In this document: positions 19,424-30,058 of the stretch, piece by piece | Layout: every line of letters starts with the position of its first letter | How positions within the stretch are numbered: the first letter of the stretch is position 1 | NCBI GenBank assembly: GCA_046725375.1 | Contig: JBKOYM010000060.1 | Location: 15,120-79,119, forward strand | Source: Actinomycetota bacterium | GTDB taxonomy: Bacteria > Actinomycetota > Actinomycetes > Propionibacteriales > Nocardioidaceae | Length of the DNA: 64,000 nucleotides | Direction of reading: 5' to 3' | Notes under the pieces: model-generated | Told to the model about the DNA's origin: nothing | The model's database searches: none | Seen by the model: only the letters and a program-made list of their open reading frames with translations | Made by a program: the position numbers and the translations under genes

Positions 19424-20575
19424 ATGGCGAAGCGGCTGTTTCTCCACATCGGTGCGATGAAGTCCGGTACGAGCTACGTGCAGGCGCTGGGCGCCGCGAA
19501 CGACGATCGGCTCGAAACCGCCGGGGTGCGATGGGTGCCGGGCACTTCCCGCGAGGATGCGGCGGCCGACGTCGTGCTCCGGACCGGCCGGAAGCCGCCG
19601 ACGGTTGACGCGATGTGCGAACGGTTGCGGCGGGCGGCGGATGGTTGGGACGGTGACCTGTTCCTCTCGATGGAGCTTCTGAGCCGCCAAAAGCCGCCGG
19701 TGCAGCAACGGTTGGTCGCCGCGGCCGATGCTGGGGAGACTCACGTCATCGTCAGCGGTCGTGACCTGGCACGCGTCATCCCGTCGAGATGGCTGACCAC
19801 GATCCGCAATCGCCACACCTGGACCTGGACAGAGTACGTGCAGGCCGTGTGTTCCGAGGATCCGGACACGACGCACGCCGGAAGGAACTTCTGGAAGTTC
19901 CAGGATCTGGCTTGGATGCTCCGCTCGTGGTCCGCGGTGGCACAGCCGGATCGAATGTATGTCGTGACGGTGCCGGCGACGTCGACCGACCGGCGCCTCA
20001 TCTGGCGCCGCTTCGCCGAGGTCTTGGGTATCGATCCGGAGGGCTACCGCGAGCCCACGCCGCAGAAGGCGAACGAGTCGATCAGCGTGGTCGCGACCGA
20101 GCTCCTGCGCCGCGTCAACCAGCAAGTGGCGGACCTCAGCAACCCGATCTATCGCCGCGGCATCGGAGACCTGGTCGGGCGGGTGTACCCGAGTCGCCCT
20201 GCCGATGAGCCGCGGCTGCAGATCCCGGCCGACTTTCGTGATTGGGTCGAGCGGCGTGCTCGGCGCATGAACGACGAGATCACCGAGCTCGGCGTGAACG
20301 TGATCGGTGACCTGGCGGAGCTGTTGCCCGGTCCGGACGATCCCGACGCTGTTGACTCGGTCGACGCAGGTGACGCCCAGCTACTCGAGGCCGCGATCGA
20401 CGGCCTCGGCGGGATGGGGCGGATCATGGCCACCGCACGGCTGGAGAACGAGACGCTGCGGCATCAGTACGGTTTGCCGCCCGCGGAGCTTGTCGGAATG
20501 CACGGACCGCCACCCCGCCGCCGCCACCTCGTACGGTCGCTCGTGCGCAGGATCCGCACGGTGCCTCGGCGTTGA
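19424..20575 (+). CDS. hypothetical protein with sulfotransferase-like P-loop N-terminus
   Basis: Internal ATG at 19424 (MAKRLFLHIGAMKSGTSYVQ). The HIGxxKSGTS motif resembles the 5'-PSB loop of sulfotransferase-fold proteins. The rest is unrecognised. Confidence 0.5.
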   Translation: MAKRLFLHIGAMKSGTSYVQALGAANDDRLETAGVRWVPGTSREDAAADVVLRTGRKPPTVDAMCERLRRAADGWDGDLFLSMELLSRQKPPVQQRLVAAADAGETHVIVSGRDLARVIPSRWLTTIRNRHTWTWTEYVQAVCSEDPDTTHAGRNFWKFQDLAWMLRSWSAVAQPDRMYVVTVPATSTDRRLIWRRFAEVLGIDPEGYREPTPQKANESISVVATELLRRVNQQVADLSNPIYRRGIGDLVGRVYPSRPADEPRLQIPADFRDWVERRARRMNDEITELGVNVIGDLAELLPGPDDPDAVDSVDAGDAQLLEAAIDGLGGMGRIMATARLENETLRHQYGLPPAELVGMHGPPPRRRHLVRSLVRRIRTVPRR

Positions 20576-20594
20576 CCCATGAGGTCGTCGTGTA

Positions 20595-20616
20595 TCTTGA
20601 TATCAAGAGATCTTGA
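20595..20616 (+). promoter_or_regulatory. AT-rich triple half-site TCTTGA-ta-TCAAGA-ga-TCTTGA abutting the acn SD
   Basis: tcttgatatcaaga (20595-20608) is a perfect 14-bp palindrome. tcaagagatcttga (20603-20616) forms a second, overlapping inverted repeat. The SD aaggag is at 20616-20621 and the ATG at 20626. Confidence 0.4.
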
Positions 20617-20625
20617 AGGAGTGAC

Positions 20626-23433
<2,808 letters not shown>

Positions 23434-23445
23434 CACCGGCCTGGA

Positions 23446-23916
23446 GTGGAACTGTTCGGAGTCGCCTACGGGGCGTTGGCGGTGATCGCGGTAGCGGTCG
23501 GCGCTGCGGTGCAGGGTGCGGTGGGACTCGGCCTGGGGCTCGTGGCCGCACCGATCACGCGTGGCAGCCTCGTGACCGCGGGATTCGTCGCCGGCACGAC
23601 CGGCACGGCGACCTCGATCGCAGGGCCGCCGGTGGCCCTGCTCTATCAACGCCGCCCGGGCCGTCAGGTGCGCTCGACGCTCGCGGTCTTCTTCCTCGTG
23701 GGTGTCGTGCTCAGCCTGGCCGGGCTCGCGATCGGCGGCGCGCTCACCGTGCGCGAGTTCGAGGTCGCCCTAGCGTTGGCGCCGGCGCTGCTGCTCGGCT
23801 TCGCGGTGGCCGGGCCGTTACGGTCGCGGGTCGACGCCGGGTACACGCGGTCTGCCGTACTCGCGGTCTGTGCGGCGTCGGCGGTGGCGCTTCTCGCCCG
23901 TAGCGTGGTCGGCTGA
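23446..23916 (+). CDS. TauE/SafE-family paralog with an in-frame internal deletion of about 88 aa (possibly non-functional)
   Basis: 156 aa. It aligns to both ends of the adjacent 244-aa paralog, but GLVAAPIT joins directly to RGSLVTAGFVAGTTGTATSI. Confidence 0.55.
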   Translation: MELFGVAYGALAVIAVAVGAAVQGAVGLGLGLVAAPITRGSLVTAGFVAGTTGTATSIAGPPVALLYQRRPGRQVRSTLAVFFLVGVVLSLAGLAIGGALTVREFEVALALAPALLLGFAVAGPLRSRVDAGYTRSAVLAVCAASAVALLARSVVG

Positions 23917-23930
23917 CGAGGGAGGCGTCG

Positions 23931-24665
23931 ATGGACTTCCTGGACGTCTCGGCCGAGACGTTCCTGGTGCTGGCCGTGTCGGTGACGATAGGGACCGTCG
24001 TGCAGGGGAGTGTGGGACTCGGCCTCGGACTGGTTGCCGCCCCCGTCACCGCGCTCATCGAGCCGTCCCTGATGCCGGGGTTGATGCTGTGGCTCGCGGC
24101 CAGCCTGCCCATCGTGACGCTGCTGCATGACCGACGGGACGTCGATTGGCGGGGCCTGGCGTGGGCGCTGGCGGCCCGCGTACCGGGGACCGCGTTGGGA
24201 GTCATCGTGGTCGCCTGGCTCACCGACCGTACGCTCGGCGTCGTCGTCGGCACGATGGTATTGATCGCGGTGGGGCTGACGGTCTGGACGATCCGGGTGC
24301 CGATCAACCGGCGGACGCTGGTCACGGCCGGCTGCGTCTCGGGTGTCACCGGCACAGCGACGTCGATCGGTGGCCCGCCGATGGCGCTGCTCTATCAGCA
24401 CCGGCCCGCTCGTCAGGTGCGTTCGACGCTTGCGGTCTACTTCCTGATCGGTGCGTCGCTCAGCCTGGTCGGCCTGGGGGTCGGCGGCGCGTTGCATCTG
24501 CGTGACTTCGAGGTCGCCCTCGCGCTAGCGCCGTTCCTCCTCCTCGGCTTCGCGGTCGCCGGCCCGGTCCGCGCCCGGCTCGACATCGGGCACACTCGCA
24601 CGGCCGTACTCGGTGTCTGTGCGGCGTCGGCGCTGGTGCTTTTGGTGCGGAGCGCGGTGGGGTGA
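23931..24665 (+). CDS. sulfite exporter TauE/SafE family membrane protein
   Basis: 244 aa with 7-8 TM helices and repeated G-rich TM motifs (GSVGLGLGLVAAP, GTATSIGGPP). Confidence 0.8.
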   Translation: MDFLDVSAETFLVLAVSVTIGTVVQGSVGLGLGLVAAPVTALIEPSLMPGLMLWLAASLPIVTLLHDRRDVDWRGLAWALAARVPGTALGVIVVAWLTDRTLGVVVGTMVLIAVGLTVWTIRVPINRRTLVTAGCVSGVTGTATSIGGPPMALLYQHRPARQVRSTLAVYFLIGASLSLVGLGVGGALHLRDFEVALALAPFLLLGFAVAGPVRARLDIGHTRTAVLGVCAASALVLLVRSAVG

Positions 24666-24702
24666 GGGCCGCACACGGCTCACCGTCATAGGCGGCGTTC
24701 GA

Positions 24703-24748
24703 ATCTTGAGCGCTTTGGGCAGCCATGGCTACCCAAAGCGCTCAAGAT
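24703..24748. repeat. REP-like 46-bp near-perfect palindrome (copy 1)
   Basis: atcttgagcgctttggg (24703-24719) pairs with cccaaagcgctcaagat (24732-24748), a 17/17 match. The loop, cagccatggcta, is itself palindromic. A related copy lies at 43251-43300. Confidence 0.75.
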
Positions 24749-24875
24749 CCGGCGGGCTGATGAAGCCGGCGTCCGCGGATCGAAGTATTGCCGGGCGATT
24801 GCGGGAATTCGGGTCCGTCGTCCGCAATCTCCCGGCAACAGTCGATCTGAGGCGGACGCCCGAGGCTGGCGGCCT

Positions 24876-27032
24876 GTGGATGGGCCGCCATTCCCGTCGG
24901 TGAAGTCGCCTAGAGTCCAGGACGTGGCGACCCCTCTAGAGCTGACTCCCGAACGAACGAAGCTGGCCGACGCTGTCATTCAGGCGATCGCGGGTGCCGA
25001 TGCCGCGTTGCGCCCGGACCAGACGACGGCGGTCGCCGCGCTGTGCGAGCCGAGGTCGCGGGCGCTCGTTGTGCAGGCCACCGGCTGGGGCAAGTCCGCG
25101 GTCTATTGGGCCGCCACCGCGATTCGGCGGGCCGAGGGCGCCGGGCCGACGCTGGTCGTGTCGCCCCTGCTGTCGCTGATGCGCGACCAGGTCGCAGCCG
25201 CCGGTCGGGCCGGGCTGCATGCCGCCACGCTCAACTCCAGCAACGTCGACGCGTGGTCGGCGATCGAGTCCGACCTGCTCGGCGACCGGGTCGACGTGCT
25301 GCTGGTGTCGCCGGAGCGGCTGGCCAACCCGGGCTTCGGCCGTCGCGTACTCGACTCCCTCGCCGGCCGGATCGGCCTCCTCGTGATCGACGAGGCGCAT
25401 GCGGTGTCCGACTGGGGGCACGACTTCCGGCCCGACTACCGTCGGGTGTCCGACGTGTTGCGGCAGCTCAACCCGGACACTCCGGTCCTCGCGACCACGG
25501 CGACCGCCAACGCCCGCGTGACCGACGATGTCGCCCGCCAGTTGGGGGAGTCGACGCTGGTGCTGCGCGGCCCGCTCGCCCGATCCAGCCTGCAACTCGC
25601 CGTCGTCGACGCGCTGTCGCCGCTCGATCGGTACGCCTGGGTCGTCGACCACGTGCCGCGGCTCCCGGGCTCCGGCATCGTCTACACGCTCACCGTCGCC
25701 GACGCGCAGCGGCTGGCCGACGCGATCGGTGCTGCCCACGGCGCCGACGCACCGGTCGCGGCCTACTACGGCGGTCTCGACGGTGCCGAGCGGGAGAAGC
25801 TCGAGGACGCGCTTCGCGCCAACCAGCTCAAAGCGCTGATCGCCACCTCCGCGCTCGGCATGGGCTACGACAAGCCCGACCTCGGATTCGTCGTCCACGT
25901 CGGATCGCCGCCGTCGCCGGTGTCCTACTACCAGCAGGTCGGCCGGGCCGGACGGGGCATCGACCGGGCCCTCGTGGCGCTGCTGCCATCGGATGCTGAC
26001 GTCGGCGTGTGGGACTACTTCGCCACGGCCACCATCCCCGATCCGGAGCAGGTCAACCGGCTGCTTCGCGGTCTCGACGCGTACGCCGACGGCGACGTGG
26101 CGACGGTACCGGCGCTCGAGGCCGAGACGGGGCTGCGGCGTACTCGCGTCGAGCTGATGCTGAAACAGCTCGCCGTCGAGGGTGTGGTGGAGCGGGTCGA
26201 GCGCGGCTGGGTACGCGGGTCGACCGAGTGGGTCTACGACGCGGAGCACTACGACGGCATCGTGCGCGTACGCCGGCGTGAGGCCGACATCATGCGATCC
26301 TACACCCGCGGCAGTCGGTGCCTGATGCGGCTGCTCCAGGAGTCACTCGACGATCCGAGTGCGGCCGATTGCGGGCGGTGTTCGGTCTGCCTCGGCGACC
26401 TTCCCGACCCGCTCGTCGCGGCCCCCGAGACCGACACGGTCGCCGCCGTCGTCCGGCAGCTACGCGGTGAGACCCACGTCCTCGACCCGCGCAAGATGTG
26501 GCCCGGCGGCGCATTCGGAGCTCGCGGCAAGATCCCTGCCGAGCTGATGGCGGAGGCGGGCCGCACGATCGTGTACGCCGACGCGCCCGAATGGCGACGG
26601 CTGACGAGCACCGTACTCGCGCACGACGGAGAGGCGCCCGACGAGCTCAAGTCCGCCTGCGTCGAGGCGCTGGCGCGCTGGAAGTCGGAGTGGTCCCGCC
26701 GGCCGGACATCGTCGTCGGCCTCGCGGCAGCCGGTTGCACGACGCTGGTCTCCGGGGTCGCTGATCACCTCGCGGCCGTCGGCCGGCTGGCACGAGCCGA
26801 CCTGCCGGCATCGGCATCCGACAGCACCGATCTCTCGTCGGCCGACGAGGCCGCCCTGTGGCGGGATGCGATCACGATCCCCCCGGAGATTGCCGGATCC
26901 GTCGACGGCATGGCCGTGCTGCTGGTCGTCGACGCATCGTCATCACTGTGGCCGATCACGGTCGGCGCGGCGAAGCTGCGCGAGGCAGGTGCGGACGCCG
27001 TGCTCCCGCTGCTGCTGCACCGGCGTCCATGA
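24876..27032 (+). CDS. RecQ-family (SF2, DEAH) DNA helicase with C-terminal extension of about 300 aa
   Basis: Motifs ATGWGKSAVYW (Walker A), VIDEAHAVSDWGHDFRPDY (DEAH), ATTATAN and YYQQVGRAGRG. A CGRCSVC cluster follows, then an uncharacterised tail. The start is uncertain (GTG at 24876, 24897 or 24921). Confidence 0.85.
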   Translation: MDGPPFPSVKSPRVQDVATPLELTPERTKLADAVIQAIAGADAALRPDQTTAVAALCEPRSRALVVQATGWGKSAVYWAATAIRRAEGAGPTLVVSPLLSLMRDQVAAAGRAGLHAATLNSSNVDAWSAIESDLLGDRVDVLLVSPERLANPGFGRRVLDSLAGRIGLLVIDEAHAVSDWGHDFRPDYRRVSDVLRQLNPDTPVLATTATANARVTDDVARQLGESTLVLRGPLARSSLQLAVVDALSPLDRYAWVVDHVPRLPGSGIVYTLTVADAQRLADAIGAAHGADAPVAAYYGGLDGAEREKLEDALRANQLKALIATSALGMGYDKPDLGFVVHVGSPPSPVSYYQQVGRAGRGIDRALVALLPSDADVGVWDYFATATIPDPEQVNRLLRGLDAYADGDVATVPALEAETGLRRTRVELMLKQLAVEGVVERVERGWVRGSTEWVYDAEHYDGIVRVRRREADIMRSYTRGSRCLMRLLQESLDDPSAADCGRCSVCLGDLPDPLVAAPETDTVAAVVRQLRGETHVLDPRKMWPGGAFGARGKIPAELMAEAGRTIVYADAPEWRRLTSTVLAHDGEAPDELKSACVEALARWKSEWSRRPDIVVGLAAAGCTTLVSGVADHLAAVGRLARADLPASASDSTDLSSADEAALWRDAITIPPEIAGSVDGMAVLLVVDASSSLWPITVGAAKLREAGADAVLPLLLHRRP

Positions 27033-27592
27033 GTGCGGTCCGCGTCGGCGATGATGTGCCCGTGACGATTCACTCCGATCACCCGTTCATGACGCCGGAG
27101 CCGGATCGCGACCCGGTGCGGCGACTCCGCGGGCGATTCGCCGCACCGGTGACCTTGTGGACCTCGCTCGATGCCGATGGTGACCGGGTCGGGCTCACCG
27201 TGTCGTCGATGCTGATCGCCGACGGCGATCCGCCGAAGGCACTGGGGCTCCTCGACCCCGATTCGGACCTCTGGGCGGCCGTCGAACGGTCCCGGACGGC
27301 CGCGATCCAGGTGCTGAGCTGGCGACATCGCGCTCTTGCCGATGCCTTCGCAGGACTCGCGCCGGCGCCTGGGGGTGCGTTCCGGCTGGCCGACTGGGAC
27401 GACACGCCGTGGGGGCCGGTGCTGCTCGACGCCAGTGCGTGGGCCGGTGTCCGACTGACTGGTGACAAGCCGCGCCGAATCGGTTGGGCCGTCGCCGCCG
27501 AGGCAATCGTCGAGCGAGTCGAACTCGGCGACGACGCCGACCCGATGGCCCATCGGCGCGGTGGCTACGTTCGACTCGAGGGGTCCGATTGA
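27029..27592 (+). CDS. flavin reductase-like (FMN-binding split-barrel) domain protein
   Basis: The ATG at 27029 overlaps the helicase stop (ATGA). RGRFAAPVTLWTS..GLTVSSMLIA is typical of the Flavin_Reduct fold. Confidence 0.7.
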   Translation: MSAVRVGDDVPVTIHSDHPFMTPEPDRDPVRRLRGRFAAPVTLWTSLDADGDRVGLTVSSMLIADGDPPKALGLLDPDSDLWAAVERSRTAAIQVLSWRHRALADAFAGLAPAPGGAFRLADWDDTPWGPVLLDASAWAGVRLTGDKPRRIGWAVAAEAIVERVELGDDADPMAHRRGGYVRLEGSD

Positions 27593-28728
27593 CCCGGCCG
27601 TACACGCTCGCGCAGCTACGCCGGGCGTCCTTGCGGCGGCAGTTCCCACGGGTCCGGGGCCGCGGGCCGAAGGCGGTGGCAGACCTGGTCGGTCGAATCG
27701 GCCCGATCCAGTCGCAGGCGCCGCGGGCAACGTTCGTTGGCATCGCGGCGCGGCTGCCTGGCGTCGACCACGCCGCGATCGTGGAGGCGTTCGAGTCCTA
27801 TGACATCGTCAAAGGCTCCAACATTCGCGGCACCGTCCACGTCTCGACACGGGAGCATTTCCCACTCCTGGACGCCGTGACCCGACGTACATCGGAGCCC
27901 GGCTGGCGCAAGGTACTCGGCCTGCGGCCGGATGCCGTCGGCGCCGTCCGGGCCGAGATCGTGCGATGGATCGGCGACGAATGGCGGATCGAGTCGGATC
28001 TCACCGCTCATCTGACGGAGTGGCTGGGCGAGCATGAGTCGGCCGAGTCGGCGGCGCTGTCGCGGGAGTCCTCCGGCCGATTCCTGCTGCGGGGCTACAG
28101 CGCCCTCATCCGGCGTCCCTCGCACGGCGGCTGGGAGAAACGGAGCCCCTGGCTGTTGCGCCACGGGCCGCCGCTGCTCGGGACGCCGGAGGTCGACCCC
28201 GATGATGCGCTCGTCGCGCTGGCCCGGATCCATATCGCCGCCTTCGGGCCGTCGACGCGGCACGACATCGCCTGGTGGGCGGGTGAGGGGCTCACGCGTG
28301 TGGATGCAGCCCTGGCCGCGATCGGAGACGAGGTCGAGGCTCGACCGGGGCCAGCCGGCGGCACGTACTTCGACCTGACCGACCCGCCTCCGGGTGGCTC
28401 CGGCGATCCCGGCGTCCGGCTGTTGCCGGAGTACGACGCATTGGTCTGCGGCTACCACCCTAAGGGCCGCTTCCGGTTTCTCGACGAGTCGCACACCGAG
28501 TGGATATGGAATCGTGCCAACGGCGTGTTCTCGGCCGCGGTGCTCTTCGAGGGCCGGCTCGTCGGCTTGTGGCGACTGGCCGGCAACGGGCGTCGTCGCG
28601 ATCTCGAGGTGGAGCCCCTCCCGGGCGAGTCGCTGCCGCCTGAAAGTGACTTCGTCGAGCCCGCGGAGGGTGTCGCCGCCGCGCTGGACATCGAGATCGG
28701 CGTGCTGCGATTGACTTCCGCTGGCTAG
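27589..28728 (+). CDS. winged-helix YcaQ/AlkZ-family DNA glycosylase-like protein (DUF1006)
   Basis: YTLAQLRRASLRRQ..GPIQSQAPRA..SNIRGTVHV..LLPEYD are family motifs. The proposed TTG start at 27589 overlaps the upstream stop (TTGA). The alternative is the track ATG at 27484. Confidence 0.75.
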   Translation: MTRPYTLAQLRRASLRRQFPRVRGRGPKAVADLVGRIGPIQSQAPRATFVGIAARLPGVDHAAIVEAFESYDIVKGSNIRGTVHVSTREHFPLLDAVTRRTSEPGWRKVLGLRPDAVGAVRAEIVRWIGDEWRIESDLTAHLTEWLGEHESAESAALSRESSGRFLLRGYSALIRRPSHGGWEKRSPWLLRHGPPLLGTPEVDPDDALVALARIHIAAFGPSTRHDIAWWAGEGLTRVDAALAAIGDEVEARPGPAGGTYFDLTDPPPGGSGDPGVRLLPEYDALVCGYHPKGRFRFLDESHTEWIWNRANGVFSAAVLFEGRLVGLWRLAGNGRRRDLEVEPLPGESLPPESDFVEPAEGVAAALDIEIGVLRLTSAG

Positions 28729-28962
28729 CTGCCTTCCGGCTCGAGGTCGGGCGGTGGTGCGGTCCGACGCAGTCACGCCTCGGCCGACCGGCGCCGTGTC
28801 CAGGTCACCCTCACGCCGGCCGGGTACGACGCTCTCGACGCGACCCTCGGCGCCGAAGGGCAAGTGGAGGAGCGGATGCTGGCTGCGCTGACCGACGAGA
28901 AGCGAACGCTCGCCGACCTGCTGCGCAAGGTGGTGCTCCGCGTCGAGGCGGGAGCGGCCTAG
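28729..28962 (+). pseudogene. C-terminal remnant of a MarR-family regulator
   Basis: Runs in frame straight after the YcaQ stop: ..GAVRRSHASADRRRVQVTLTPAGYDALDATLGAEGQVEERMLAALTDEKRTLADLLRKVVLRVEAGAA*. It shows the wing motif DRRxVxVxLTxxG. There is no start codon and no N-terminal wHTH half. Confidence 0.5.
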
Positions 28963-29375
28963 AGGTCGTCGAGTACGGTCCGGAGCCGCTTGGCGTAGTC
29001 GGCCGCCTCCGCGTCGTCGGCGTACTTCGTCCGCGGCCAGAAGAAGCCCCGCAACCCGTCCTTGCGCCGGCGCGGCACGACATGGACGTGCAGATGCGGC
29101 ACGCTCTGGCTGATCACGTTGTTGGCGGCGACGAACGAGCCTTCGGCGTCGTACGCGGGCACAACCGCCCGGCTGATCCGCTGGACCGACCCGAACAGCG
29201 GCACCAACAGCTCTTCCGGGAGGTCGCCGAGGGTCTCGTAGTGAGTCCGCGGCATGACCAGCACATGACCCTTGAAGACCGGCCGGGCGTCGAGGAAACC
29301 AACGACGTCGTCGGTGTCGAAGACCCAATGGGCCGGGCGATCACCGGCGACGATCGCGCAGAAGAGGCAGTCCAC
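28959..29375 (-). CDS. HIT family protein
   Basis: 138 aa with the histidine triad motif HLHVHVVP. Confidence 0.9.
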   Translation of the reverse strand: MDCLFCAIVAGDRPAHWVFDTDDVVGFLDARPVFKGHVLVMPRTHYETLGDLPEELLVPLFGSVQRISRAVVPAYDAEGSFVAANNVISQSVPHLHVHVVPRRRKDGLRGFFWPRTKYADDAEAADYAKRLRTVLDDL

Positions 29376-29408
29376 GACAGTGCACAGTAGGGGAGGCCAC
29401 CGACGCTC

Positions 29409-29921
29409 CTAGACGAGGTCGGTGCTCGGGTCGATCTGCCAGTGGTTCGCCCGCAGCACCCGATCGGCGAACGTGACGTCTCGCTCGCCGATGAGAGCGA
29501 ATCCGACCGACCGGCACAGCGCGTTGGAGGCGGCATTGGTGACGCCGGGGAAGGCATGGATCACGCCCCAGCGACCGTCGTCGCGAGCCCGCTCGAGCAG
29601 CGCCCGGACCGCGCGCTTGGCCAAGCCACGTCCCTGAAACTCGGGCAGCACCATCCAGCCGATCTCGGAAAGCCCCTGGTCGTCGCCGTCCGCGTGCGTC
29701 CACAGGGTGACGCTGCCGGCGACGACATCGGGCGAGCTGTCGTCTGGGAGGATCATCGACACCCAATAGAGGTCGGCCTGTGTCTTGCTGACGTCGGCGT
29801 CGATCTTCGCCGCGATGCCGTCCCGCGGCAGAGGCCCGCCGAGCTCGGCCATCATCGCTGGATCGCAGCGCATCCGGACATAAGCGTCGAAGTCGCCGGA
29901 CTGGACGTCGCGAAGCCGCAT
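29409..29921 (-). CDS. GNAT family N-acetyltransferase
   Basis: Internal ATG at 29921 (MRLRDVQSGD..). The acetyl-CoA motif is QGRGLAKRAVRALL. Confidence 0.8.
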   Translation of the reverse strand: MRLRDVQSGDFDAYVRMRCDPAMMAELGGPLPRDGIAAKIDADVSKTQADLYWVSMILPDDSSPDVVAGSVTLWTHADGDDQGLSEIGWMVLPEFQGRGLAKRAVRALLERARDDGRWGVIHAFPGVTNAASNALCRSVGFALIGERDVTFADRVLRANHWQIDPSTDLV

Positions 29922-30058
29922 GCCAACAGCATGAACGACCGCGCTGACAGCGCACCACGCCCGCGCGGCTTCTGACCTGGGCGGCCGGCAGCATAGACTC
30001 GCAGGATCCAATTCAGTTCTTATGCGGCGTGGGGGCCGACGGACGCGAGGAGGTCGGA

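Noticed and set aside
24691-24712. tRNA-like T-loop sequence GGCGTTCGAATC
   Set aside because: The flanking bases cannot form a T-stem, acceptor stem or anticodon arm. The sequence is simply the left flank of the REP-like palindrome.
24876-28728. RecQ-like operon as a known anti-phage defence system
   Set aside because: No hallmark partner is present, such as a nuclease/ATPase pair, methyltransferase, reverse transcriptase, or TIR/SIR2 effector. A YcaQ-family and flavin-reductase-like context fits DNA repair better. The operon is kept as an open hypothesis only.
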